Positions 46,699 to 54,960 of a stretch of DNA of 64,000 nt are shown here, in pieces; position 1 is the first letter of the stretch; every line of letters starts with the position of its first letter. A model generated the notes under the pieces. That model ran no database searches. It was not told where the DNA came from and saw nothing but the letters and a program-made list of their open reading frames with translations. The translations under genes and the position numbers were made by a program. The stretch spans positions 5,960,270-6,024,269 of the forward strand of contig OZ244616.1 of assembly GCA_965218285.1 (NCBI GenBank), written 5' to 3'. This DNA comes from Candidatus Poribacteria bacterium (lineage in GTDB: Bacteria; Poribacteria; WGA-4E; WGA-3G).

Positions 46699-49569
46699 AT
46701 GCCAGACCCAAAAGATGTTTTTGATAACCCTTTAGAGTATATGGATTTCCTACAGTCTACTGATTTTGAGAGACAGCAATTTGACTGGAAAGAAGTTAGA
46801 ACTGATAACAAGAGTCAAATAGACTCCCTTAAAGACAAAGTCAAAAGGTGTATATCTGCTTTCGCGAATAGTAGTAGAGCAGGTGGACTCTTGGTACTTG
46901 GTATCGCTGATGATGGAACCATTAAAGGCACACAGCATGTTGATGAACAGACAATTAACAACATACTGCAAGTCATACAAAATTTACGTAACCACGCAAC
47001 ACAAGTGCAAGACGTGGAATTACCTAATTCGGATGGAAAACGAATACATCTACTTTATACCCCGTGGACATCAAATGCCATTTGTGAAACAGTAGGTAAT
47101 TTTCATGAGGCATGGAAAAGAGTTGGGGCACAATGTCTTGCACTAACTGAACAAGATAGAGACCAGCTTAAACGGGAAAAAAAGATAGTTGATTTTGAAG
47201 TTTCCTATTGCTGTCCTTATGATCCCGATGAACTTGATAAAAAGGTAGTTGAAGAGTTTAAAAAGGTTTACCTTGAAGACAAAGACGCGCAGTACGATTA
47301 TACAACTGAAGAGGTTTTGTACAATATAGGCGCGCTAATGAAAGAGAATGACAAATACGCGTTTACCAATGCAGGTTTTCTATTTTTTGCCTCAAATCCC
47401 CGTAGGCTTTTTGCAAGTGCGTACGTAAGAGTTCTACGTTTTGAGGTAAACGTTGAGGAGTCCCGTACCCGTGGCGTGACAACTTTTGATAAACGTTTTG
47501 ATGGACCTCTCCCCAACATGATCCGTAAACTACAAACCTTTTTCAAAGATTCCGCTCTTTTTAGAACTATCATAAGACGTAGTTCTCACGGAGGATTCAT
47601 GGAAGATCCTGAATATCCGCTCTTTGTCGTGGACGAAGCACTCATAAACGCCGCAATCCATAGGGACTACGGTGCCACTACAGCGATTCACTGCATTGCG
47701 TATCAGAATGGATTGGTAGTAGAAAATCCAGGGGGGATCCCGCAAGCAGTCCCACAGCATTTTAACCTTGGGGACACGTTCCTAGATTCTGTGCCTCGAA
47801 ATTCAAGAATTGTTGATTGGATGTGTCTCATGAAAGATGAGCGAGAGAAACCTTTAGTACGTGCTTTGAGGGAAGGAACAGAAAAAATGCGTCAAGAGAT
47901 GCATAAAATGGGACTACCACCTCCATCTTATGAAACGACTTTTACGAAAACTTCTGTGACACTTTATAATCTCCTTGAAGAAAGACTTGAACCTCATATA
48001 CATACAAAAAGTACACGAAACAATGAACCTTCAACATCTTCTGCCCTTGACGATATGGGAAAGTCGTCGAGTTTCATAGGATGGAGTCCTGCCCAAACTG
48101 GAGATAGCAAGAACAAGGTTAACAATGGTTTATCTGATTTGCCAAATGGTTGGGAATGGACAACGCTCCAAGAGGCTTGTTCAACACCACAATACGGATG
48201 GACAACAAAAGCAACTGCAGAGGGAACACTTCGTCTGCTCAGGACTACCGATATTACTGATGGAAACGTTGATTGGGAAACAGTACCATTCTGCACAGAA
48301 GAACCACCAGATAAAGAAAAATATCTGTTAAAAACAGGAGATATTGTTATTTCGCGAGCAGGTTCTGTTGGTTACAGTTATCTGGTTAAAAGTCCGCAAA
48401 ATGCGGTTTTTGCTTCGTACCTGATTCGTTTCAAACCGTTATCAATGATTGACGAGAACTATCTTAGATTTTTCTTGAAAAGTCCAGATTATTGGAAAAT
48501 CATTTCAAAAGAAAAAGCAGGGATTGCTCTTGTGAACGTTAACGCTACAAAACTCAAGCGAATTGAAATCCCACTTCCGCCGCTGGCAGAACAACACCGT
48601 ATCGTAGCCAAGTTAGAGGTGCTATTTACACAGTTAGACGCAGCAGTTGATAATCTAAAAAAAGCACAAACGCAGTTGCAACGGTATCGTCAATCACTCC
48701 TCAAATCTGCTTTTGAAGGGGAGTTGACAAAGGAATGGCGGGAAGGGTATTCGGGTGAACTGGAGTCGATGTCGGTTTCGGAAGTTTCTACTATGGGCAG
48801 TTTACCTGATCTGCCTGATGGTTGGGTGTGGACAAAGATTAAGGATATTGCGGAATTTATCCGTGGCGTATCCTATCGAAAAGATCAGTCCTCTAAAACC
48901 CCAAAAGATAACTATGTTCCTATATTGCGAGCAAACAATATCAACGCGCAACTGAATTATGAAGACCTTGTTTATGTTCAGCGTGAAAGGATTAAAGATG
49001 AGCAATTTGTCAAGGCATTAGACATTATCATCGCGATGTCAAGTGGTAGTAAACACCTCGTCGGCAAAGCTGCCCAAGCATATCAGGATTTTGAAGGTGG
49101 TTTTGGGACATTTTGTGGATTGGTTAGAGTTTCTGAAGAAGTTAATCAAAAATTCATTGGTTTATTTTTTCAAAGTCCCGGTTATAGAAACGAGATATCC
49201 CGTCTCTCTATTGGGATAAACATCAATAACCTTCGGAGAGAAAACATAGAGGAAATGCTTATACCCGTTCCACCGCTTGCCGAACAGGAACAGATTGTCT
49301 CTGAACTTAAGCGGCACCTTTCAGTCGCTGATGAAATTGAAGCAACTATCGGGGCAGAGTTGACACGTGCCGAACGTTTGCGGCAGTCTATCCTCAAGGA
49401 TGCGTTTTCTGGTAAATTTGTGCCGCAAGACCCGAAAGATGAACCGGCAAGTGTCCTATTAGAGAAAATCCGAGAAGAGAAAGAAGATCGGCAACCGCAG
49501 CGAAAAAAGACTAAGACTAAAGTGAAAAGGACATCTTCGGCACAGCAATTGTCCCTCCCGCTTGACTGA
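46699..49569 (+). CDS. hsdS: Fusion protein: AlbA_2 (Schlafen-like) plus HATPase_c_4-like N-terminal half joined to a complete two-TRD type I specificity subunit
   Basis: aa 1-~450: FERQQFDWKE...AFANSSRAGGLLVLGIADDGTIKG (AlbA_2-like) and EALINAAIHRDYG...VENPGGIP (HATPase_c_4-like). aa ~478-956: LPNGWEWTTL..., LPPLAEQHRIVAKLE..., LPDGWVWTKIKD..., VPPLAEQEQIVSELK... (HsdS TRD1-CR1-TRD2-CR2). Confidence 0.8.
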   Translation: MPDPKDVFDNPLEYMDFLQSTDFERQQFDWKEVRTDNKSQIDSLKDKVKRCISAFANSSRAGGLLVLGIADDGTIKGTQHVDEQTINNILQVIQNLRNHATQVQDVELPNSDGKRIHLLYTPWTSNAICETVGNFHEAWKRVGAQCLALTEQDRDQLKREKKIVDFEVSYCCPYDPDELDKKVVEEFKKVYLEDKDAQYDYTTEEVLYNIGALMKENDKYAFTNAGFLFFASNPRRLFASAYVRVLRFEVNVEESRTRGVTTFDKRFDGPLPNMIRKLQTFFKDSALFRTIIRRSSHGGFMEDPEYPLFVVDEALINAAIHRDYGATTAIHCIAYQNGLVVENPGGIPQAVPQHFNLGDTFLDSVPRNSRIVDWMCLMKDEREKPLVRALREGTEKMRQEMHKMGLPPPSYETTFTKTSVTLYNLLEERLEPHIHTKSTRNNEPSTSSALDDMGKSSSFIGWSPAQTGDSKNKVNNGLSDLPNGWEWTTLQEACSTPQYGWTTKATAEGTLRLLRTTDITDGNVDWETVPFCTEEPPDKEKYLLKTGDIVISRAGSVGYSYLVKSPQNAVFASYLIRFKPLSMIDENYLRFFLKSPDYWKIISKEKAGIALVNVNATKLKRIEIPLPPLAEQHRIVAKLEVLFTQLDAAVDNLKKAQTQLQRYRQSLLKSAFEGELTKEWREGYSGELESMSVSEVSTMGSLPDLPDGWVWTKIKDIAEFIRGVSYRKDQSSKTPKDNYVPILRANNINAQLNYEDLVYVQRERIKDEQFVKALDIIIAMSSGSKHLVGKAAQAYQDFEGGFGTFCGLVRVSEEVNQKFIGLFFQSPGYRNEISRLSIGININNLRRENIEEMLIPVPPLAEQEQIVSELKRHLSVADEIEATIGAELTRAERLRQSILKDAFSGKFVPQDPKDEPASVLLEKIREEKEDRQPQRKKTKTKVKRTSSAQQLSLPLD

Positions 49570-49696
49570 ACTCCACTTTTAAACTAAAGTTGAACTTCGT
49601 TTTGTTTTTAATGTAAATTTATAGTAGAATATGAGTGTAACGTAACTGCAACTATTTGTTTGTTAAACATCTTGATGTAACTTAGGAAATATTAAT

Positions 49697-50002
49697 ATGA
49701 CGCTTATCGTTTCGCTTGAGACTTCGGATAGTGCGGATGGAGATGAAGAAACACGAGAAACCGATCCACTCCTTGCACTTGCAGGAACGTTGGATTTAGA
49801 TGTCACAGAAATAAAGAAACGCCTCAAGAATGCCGTCCGTCTAAAGACACGCGTAGTTAAAGGACCTTATGAAGACCACCCGGATCCGCTCATCGCATTG
49901 CTAGGAACGTTGGAATGTGATGTCACAGACATCGGTGAACGCCACGATGACTATATTGGCGACGCGTTATTAGCAGAATTATGGGGAGACGAGGAGGAAT
50001 GA
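49697..50002 (+). CDS. Small highly acidic protein with an internal repeat (antitoxin-like tail)
   Basis: DPLLALAGTLDLDVTEI and DPLIALLGTLECDVTDIGERHDDYIG repeats. Asp/Glu-rich. No family assigned. Confidence 0.5.
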   Translation: MTLIVSLETSDSADGDEETRETDPLLALAGTLDLDVTEIKKRLKNAVRLKTRVVKGPYEDHPDPLIALLGTLECDVTDIGERHDDYIGDALLAELWGDEEE

Positions 50003-50036
50003 GGAACTCATTTCACACTCGTATAGGTGACACATT

Positions 50037-50450
50037 ATGGAAACCGGACAAAAGGAACATGATCTCACTTTACCGCCAGCAGATAAAGTGCTGTTTCGGA
50101 AACAGGTGCAACGCGAATTAGACGAAATCCGACAGGAAGCTGAGGAGGCTTATGCCTTGGATAACGAGATTGACCCTGTCCCAGATTCGGCTTATCATGA
50201 TGCGCTCGTTTTGTTAGAGATGCTTTGTAATTACAAGCTGCCCATGCCAGATTTTAGTTGGGCAGAAGATGGCAGTCTTAGTATCGGATGGTATCCGGAT
50301 GAAGGCATGGTAACAATGGGGATATATGGAGACGATCTTGTCATCTATAATGCTTTCTTTGAGGAAAGACGTCAATTTGAAGGAATCTGCGAATTATCAG
50401 ATACACCTGTGTTATCAGGTGTTCTCACAACATTGACAAATATCCTCTAA
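50037..50450 (+). CDS. Hypothetical protein, paralog A
   Basis: 137 aa. The first ~55 aa are nearly identical to paralog B (50737..51150) and the remainder is about 65% identical. No family recognised. Confidence 0.55.
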   Translation: METGQKEHDLTLPPADKVLFRKQVQRELDEIRQEAEEAYALDNEIDPVPDSAYHDALVLLEMLCNYKLPMPDFSWAEDGSLSIGWYPDEGMVTMGIYGDDLVIYNAFFEERRQFEGICELSDTPVLSGVLTTLTNIL

Positions 50451-50584
50451 TACCCAATTAACGGGATTTGTAGCGCGAGGTCCCCGTGCCTCGCAATGCT
50501 AACCGCTATTAGAAGTCTTTTGATATAGTACACCGTTGTGAGGCACAGGAACCTCACACTACAAATCGGGGTAATTTGATATTA
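50451..50584. mobile_element. IS630-derived MITE (family C, long palindromic variant)
   Basis: taatacccaattaacgggatttgtagcgcgaggtccccgtgcctcgcaatgc ... gtgaggcacaggaacctcacactacaaatcggggtaatttgatatta. Confidence 0.7.
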
Positions 50585-50585
50585 T

Positions 50586-50720
50586 AACATGAGTTTGATA
50601 AAAACAAGATGTCGGGCTTCTTGTAGGGGCGAGGTCTTCTCGCCCGTAGGGGTTAGGTTACCTAACCCCTATGAAAATGTCCATTTATGTTTAGAATTTG
50701 CTATATATCAAACTCACGTT
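50586..50720. mobile_element. 135-bp MITE (family F)
   Basis: Termini aacatgagtttgata / tatcaaactcacgtt. Internal hairpins ggcgag..ctcgcc and ggggttaggttacctaacccc. Second copy at 54708-54840. Confidence 0.7.
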
Positions 50721-50736
50721 AGTATAGGTGAACATT

Positions 50737-51150
50737 ATGGAAACCGGACAAAAAGAACATGATCTCCCTTTACCGCCAGCAGATAAAGTGCTGTTTCGGA
50801 AACAGGTGCAGCGCGAATTAGACGAAATCCGCCAAGAAGCTGAGGAAGCCTATGTCTTGGATAACGAAATTGACCCTGTCCCAGATTCGGCGTATGATGA
50901 AGCCTATTCCTTATTAGAGATACTTTTTGATAACAATATACCTATGCCAGATTTCGGTTGGGCAGAGGATGGGAGTCTTGGGTTAGAATGGCGACCAGAG
51001 AAAGGAATCGCTACTATAGGGATATATGGAGACAATCTCGTTATATACGGTGCATTCTTTGAAGAGAACCGTCAAGTTGAGGGAATTTGCACACTATCTG
51101 ATACCGCAATGTTGTCGGGTTTTCTTGCAACGTTATTAAACCTCCTTTAA
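50737..51150 (+). CDS. Hypothetical protein, paralog B
   Basis: METGQKEHDLPLPPADKVLFRKQVQRELDEIRQEAEEAY... Tandem paralog of 50037..50450. Confidence 0.55.
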   Translation: METGQKEHDLPLPPADKVLFRKQVQRELDEIRQEAEEAYVLDNEIDPVPDSAYDEAYSLLEILFDNNIPMPDFGWAEDGSLGLEWRPEKGIATIGIYGDNLVIYGAFFEENRQVEGICTLSDTAMLSGFLATLLNLL

Positions 51151-51163
51151 ATAAGGGTATGAT

Positions 51164-51570
51164 GTCAATAACCCCAAGCTAAAGCATGGGGCTTGTGCGA
51201 AGCGCATGCCAAGCGTCCACTCCACAAGTTAAACGGTTGATTAGACGATATATCGTGGGTCTTGTCGTGGCAGACAAAAAGATGTTTCGGATGCTCCCCA
51301 AGTCTGATTCCTCTCTGATCCCATGATGTCGATGGGGAAACATATACCGCGAGAGCGTGGGCTTACAGCCATTATTTCTGGTAAAGACATCGTGTCAGGT
51401 CAAGTAAGCGAGTAGTGACAGTCTCACTGAACGAAGCAGCACAACTGAATCCAGACTCCCAGTGTGCAGGTGGAGATAAAACAGCACTCCCCTTTTAGGG
51501 ACAAACTAAAAATTAGGAGGCGGGCTTTCCTCCCCTGCCTAAAGGCGAGGGGTTTCCAGCCCGAAGATTT
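51164..51570 (+). mobile_element. Protein-less derivative of the IsrB element (omega-RNA-like left part plus right-end hairpin)
   Basis: The first ~140 nt align with the 5' regions of copies 1 and 2 (gtcaataaccccaagctaaagcatggggcttgtgcgaagcgcat...). The last ~50 nt match the right end (ggcgggctttcctcccc...ccagcccgaaga). It has no isrB ORF and is followed by TGATGA like the other copies. Confidence 0.6.
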
Positions 51571-51572
51571 TG

Positions 51573-51968
51573 ATGAATGTCTCACCAGGTGAGAAACTCA
51601 CCCGTTTTATTCGTTATAGCAATCAGTTTTCCCATGTTAAGGGGGAGGTAAGATACAGAGCGTTTATTCCACCTAAAAATAGTATAAATCTGTCTGTGTT
51701 CCGTATATCATTACCTCCAGAACTCTCAAACAACGCAGTATGGAAGATTGGACTTGACTATGTCGAACGAGAAGGAATACCAATAAAGGCACGCGCCGAT
51801 CTATTTGTGAGTGATGTTGCTGCTAATAACCTTGAAGTCATTTCTGACGAGCCACCTCCGAGGCATGCGAATATCACACCGTTTCCTGCAGACAACAAAG
51901 CGCGGCAAAGTATAGCCAGAAAACTTGCTCATGCCAGTAAATTAGTTGTTATACCAGAAAAAACCTGA
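51573..51968 (+). CDS. Hypothetical protein
   Basis: 131-aa ORF starting at the ATG of the TGATGA that abuts the element. No family recognised. Overlaps the track extension of hsdM. Confidence 0.45.
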   Translation: MNVSPGEKLTRFIRYSNQFSHVKGEVRYRAFIPPKNSINLSVFRISLPPELSNNAVWKIGLDYVEREGIPIKARADLFVSDVAANNLEVISDEPPPRHANITPFPADNKARQSIARKLAHASKLVVIPEKT

Positions 51969-51996
51969 TTCCAGTCAAAACAAATTAAGGGTATAC

Positions 51997-53463
51997 ATGT
52001 CCAACGAATCAGCAACAATCGTTCAAAAACTATGGAATTTCTGCAATGTGCTCCGAGATGATGGAGTCAGTTACGGAGATTACGTCGAACAACTCACGTA
52101 TCTACTTTTTCTCAAACTCGCTGACGAACAGAGCAAACTATCCTCTAACACATCATCTAATTTACCTTCTGGTTTGGATTGGGAAAGTCTGCTCAAAGAA
52201 AGCGGTGCTGCGTTAGAGGATCAATATGTCAGAATCCTTCGAGAATTGAGCAATGAGAAAGGTTTGCTTGGTGTGATCTTCAGAAAATCGCAAAATCGCA
52301 TTCAGACACCTGCCCACCTTCAACGCCTCATCAAGCTCATTGATGCCGAGATTTGGAGCGAGATGACAGATGATGTCAAAGGCACAATTTACGAAGGACT
52401 TTTGCAGAAAAACGCTGAAGATACAAAAAGTGGTGCAGGACAGTACTTCACACCCCGTTCACTTATCAAAGCAATTGTTACCGTGATGCAACCTAAACCG
52501 ATGAAGACGATTTGTGATCCAGCATGCGGAACAGGAGGATTTTTCCTTGCTGCGTACGAGTACATATCTGAACAGTACCGCACAACATTAACTCGTAAAC
52601 AGAAGAAGTTTCTCAAATTTGAGACCTTTGCTGGAACAGACATCGTTGATAATGTTGTACGTCTCTGTGTAATGAATCTATACCTGCACAGCATTGGTGG
52701 CACAGAGAGTCCAATTACAACTGATGATAGTCTAAGCAAGGATCCGGGCAAACGCCACGATATGGTGCTGACGAATCCACCATTCGGTAACAAGAGTAGT
52801 GTTACAATCACTGCCGATGGTGAAAAACGGAGTAAGGCATCACTCACGTATGAACGCGATGATTTTTGGACGACGACTTCAAATAAACAGTTCAACTTCC
52901 TGCAACACATTAAAACGATTTTGAAGGAAGATGGTCGCGCTGCCGTGGTACTCCCAGACAATGTCCTATTTGAAAGAGGAGCAGGTGAAACGATTCGCAG
53001 GCAACTGCTTAAACTTTTTGATGTTCATACATTGTTACGATTGCCAACTGGTATCTTCTATGCACAAGGTGTGAAGGCAAACGTACTCTTTTTTGACAAA
53101 CGTCCTGCGCGTGAGGAACCGTGGACACAGAAACTTTGGATATATGACCTGCGGACGAACAAACGTTTTACCCTCAAGACAAATCCCTTAGGCGATACCG
53201 ACCTACAGGATTTTATTAAAGTCTACAATCCAAAGAACCGTCACGAACGGACTGAAACAGAATGTTTCCACGCCTTCAGTTACGAGGAACTTATCCAACG
53301 TGAACATGCCAACCTTGACATCTTTTGGCTAAAAGAGGATTCACTTGAAGATGCAGCGGATCTTCCAAAACCAAATATATTAGCTGAGGAAATCACACAG
53401 AATTTACAGACTGCCTTGGAACAGTTTCAGAACATCCAAGCAGAATTAGGCGACAGCGACTAA
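51997..53463 (+). CDS. hsdM: Type I restriction-modification N6-adenine DNA methyltransferase
   Basis: HsdM N-terminal motif LWNFCNVLRDDG, AdoMet motif DPACGTGGF, catalytic NPPFG. ATG 51997 preferred over the track start 51946. Confidence 0.9.
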   Translation: MSNESATIVQKLWNFCNVLRDDGVSYGDYVEQLTYLLFLKLADEQSKLSSNTSSNLPSGLDWESLLKESGAALEDQYVRILRELSNEKGLLGVIFRKSQNRIQTPAHLQRLIKLIDAEIWSEMTDDVKGTIYEGLLQKNAEDTKSGAGQYFTPRSLIKAIVTVMQPKPMKTICDPACGTGGFFLAAYEYISEQYRTTLTRKQKKFLKFETFAGTDIVDNVVRLCVMNLYLHSIGGTESPITTDDSLSKDPGKRHDMVLTNPPFGNKSSVTITADGEKRSKASLTYERDDFWTTTSNKQFNFLQHIKTILKEDGRAAVVLPDNVLFERGAGETIRRQLLKLFDVHTLLRLPTGIFYAQGVKANVLFFDKRPAREEPWTQKLWIYDLRTNKRFTLKTNPLGDTDLQDFIKVYNPKNRHERTETECFHAFSYEELIQREHANLDIFWLKEDSLEDAADLPKPNILAEEITQNLQTALEQFQNIQAELGDSD

Positions 53464-53522
53464 ATTATGCTGTCTGTTATTAAAATTGTAATCTTAAGGG
53501 AAAGGGGCAGTAAAGCAAAATA

Positions 53523-54508
53523 CGCTCATGTCAAGAGTAAGTGCTTTTGACGAGTTTTGCTATAAAATCAACACTGACAGCTTTTAGATTCATGACGAAC
53601 TCACAGATTGCGACGTAACCGGCGAGGAACTTTTTATGAACGCCACGAAAGGGACGAAGGAAGTTTCGCAGCGTCGTCCAGGCACCTTCAATCGTATTTG
53701 TATGGATCTCGTAAAGACCATCACCGTCTGCGTCTCTTGCCCACTCGCCATCCTTATGGAGAACAATTTCACGGGCGCGCTGAATACGGTTATAGCCGCG
53801 CCAACCATCCGTATACACCGTTGAAGTCGGCAGCGTAAACTGATGAACGTGTGTTGAAAGCGTCGCAGAATCGGTGTGCCGCACAACACGTAATCTCAGG
53901 AGACCGCTTTCGCGACCTTTCGTCCCAACAATAGGCGGACGATCATTGTCATAAGTCCCATGTCCCCTGCGTTTATTGCCACGCCGACGCGGCGGATCCG
54001 AAGCATCAACGTGCTTATCGCCTTTTTCACCGGCGTTTTGAAACATCTCATCTGTTTCGACTTCAGCATCGGGTAAAGCAGCTTCGGGCTGTATCTGCTC
54101 TGCCGAAGTTTGGAGTTTACGTCTTATAGAAAGAACGGTTTGACGACTTAGACCCAGTTCACGCCCGAGTTGTGCACTTGAAACACCTTGACAGACACCG
54201 CGCAAAAGCAGAACGACCTGTGAGGGACGAAACTGCGTGCCAGCAAAGACCGTCCCGGTATAGAGGTTGTAGATGCTCTCACAGTGTTTGCAGCGATACA
54301 CTTGTAGACCACTTGTTTCAGTCTTACGGAACTTGCGTGCCTCCGCCACGCTCGCTTGGCATTTTGGGCAACACAGCCCTTGAGGGTGGAAATGATCCAA
54401 CACCCACGCTTGAGTTTTTTCTTCATCCATGAGAGATTGTATTGGAAAGTCCATAGGTAACACTCTAACATAACTTTGAAAAAATAGCACTTACTTTTTA
54501 CATGAGCC
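53523..54508 (-). mobile_element. IS1595-family insertion sequence with 8-bp target duplication gcaaaata
   Basis: Termini cgctcatgtcaagagtaagtgct / agcacttactttttacatgagcc are inverted repeats. gcaaaata at 53515-53522 and 54509-54516. Confidence 0.8.
53531..54490 (-). CDS. IS1595-family (ISXO2-like) transposase
   Basis: N-terminal zinc ribbon (CPKC...CKHC), HTH, DDE-like C-terminal domain (VETDEMF ... VYTDGWRGY ... NTIEGAW). The real start may be 54454. Confidence 0.8.
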   Translation of the reverse strand: MLFFQSYVRVLPMDFPIQSLMDEEKTQAWVLDHFHPQGLCCPKCQASVAEARKFRKTETSGLQVYRCKHCESIYNLYTGTVFAGTQFRPSQVVLLLRGVCQGVSSAQLGRELGLSRQTVLSIRRKLQTSAEQIQPEAALPDAEVETDEMFQNAGEKGDKHVDASDPPRRRGNKRRGHGTYDNDRPPIVGTKGRESGLLRLRVVRHTDSATLSTHVHQFTLPTSTVYTDGWRGYNRIQRAREIVLHKDGEWARDADGDGLYEIHTNTIEGAWTTLRNFLRPFRGVHKKFLAGYVAICEFVMNLKAVSVDFIAKLVKSTYS

Positions 54509-54551
54509 GCAAAATATAGTCAAATTTATACAAATCTATACATTGTAAGAT

Positions 54552-54673
54552 CAGAGCCATTCAATTGTCCGGTAGTTCTCATCTGATGCTCAAGTCTCTC
54601 TTCTGTAGGAGCGATCTCCGAATCGCGATCTTCTCTAAAATGTAGTGAAAAACTTGAAAACTGAATGGCTCTG
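54552..54673. mobile_element. 122-bp MITE (family B) with 9-bp target duplication ttgtaagat
   Basis: Identical to 8894-9015. Direct repeat ttgtaagat on both flanks. Confidence 0.8.
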
Positions 54674-54707
54674 TTGTAAGATTTTTGCTTAACAAACTTT
54701 GTAAAAT

Positions 54708-54840
54708 AACGTGAGTTTGATAAAAACAAGATGTCGGGCTTCTCGTAGGGGCGAAGTCTTCTCGCCCGTAGGGGTTAGGTTACCTAACCCCTATGAAAAT
54801 GTCCATTTATGTTTAGAATCTGCTATATATCAAACTCACG
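54708..54840. mobile_element. MITE family F, second copy
   Basis: aacgtgagtttgata ... tatcaaactcacgtt, nearly identical to 50586-50720. Confidence 0.7.
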
Positions 54841-54960
54841 TTAAAATATAGTATGAATGATAGATTTACCAAGATAGGTGATGCTGCAAAGATACTTGGT
54901 GTTAACCCTCAAACCTTACGTGAAGATCATTTCACCGGTTCTTTGATTGAATAACACTTG

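Noticed and set aside
52389-52961. 190-aa antisense ORF within hsdM. The same applies to long antisense ORFs in infB, isomerase, oxidoreductase and hsdR genes (for example 7984..8421, 42315..42926, 45154..45651).
   Set aside because: Each lies opposite a strongly supported conserved coding frame, and none has a motif.
54853-54954. 33-aa ORF MNDRFTKIGDAAKILGVNPQTLREDHFTGSLIE with a MerR/excisionase-like HTH.
   Set aside because: It is too short to be a functional protein and is probably a truncated remnant next to a MITE. It is noted only as possible debris of an integrated element.
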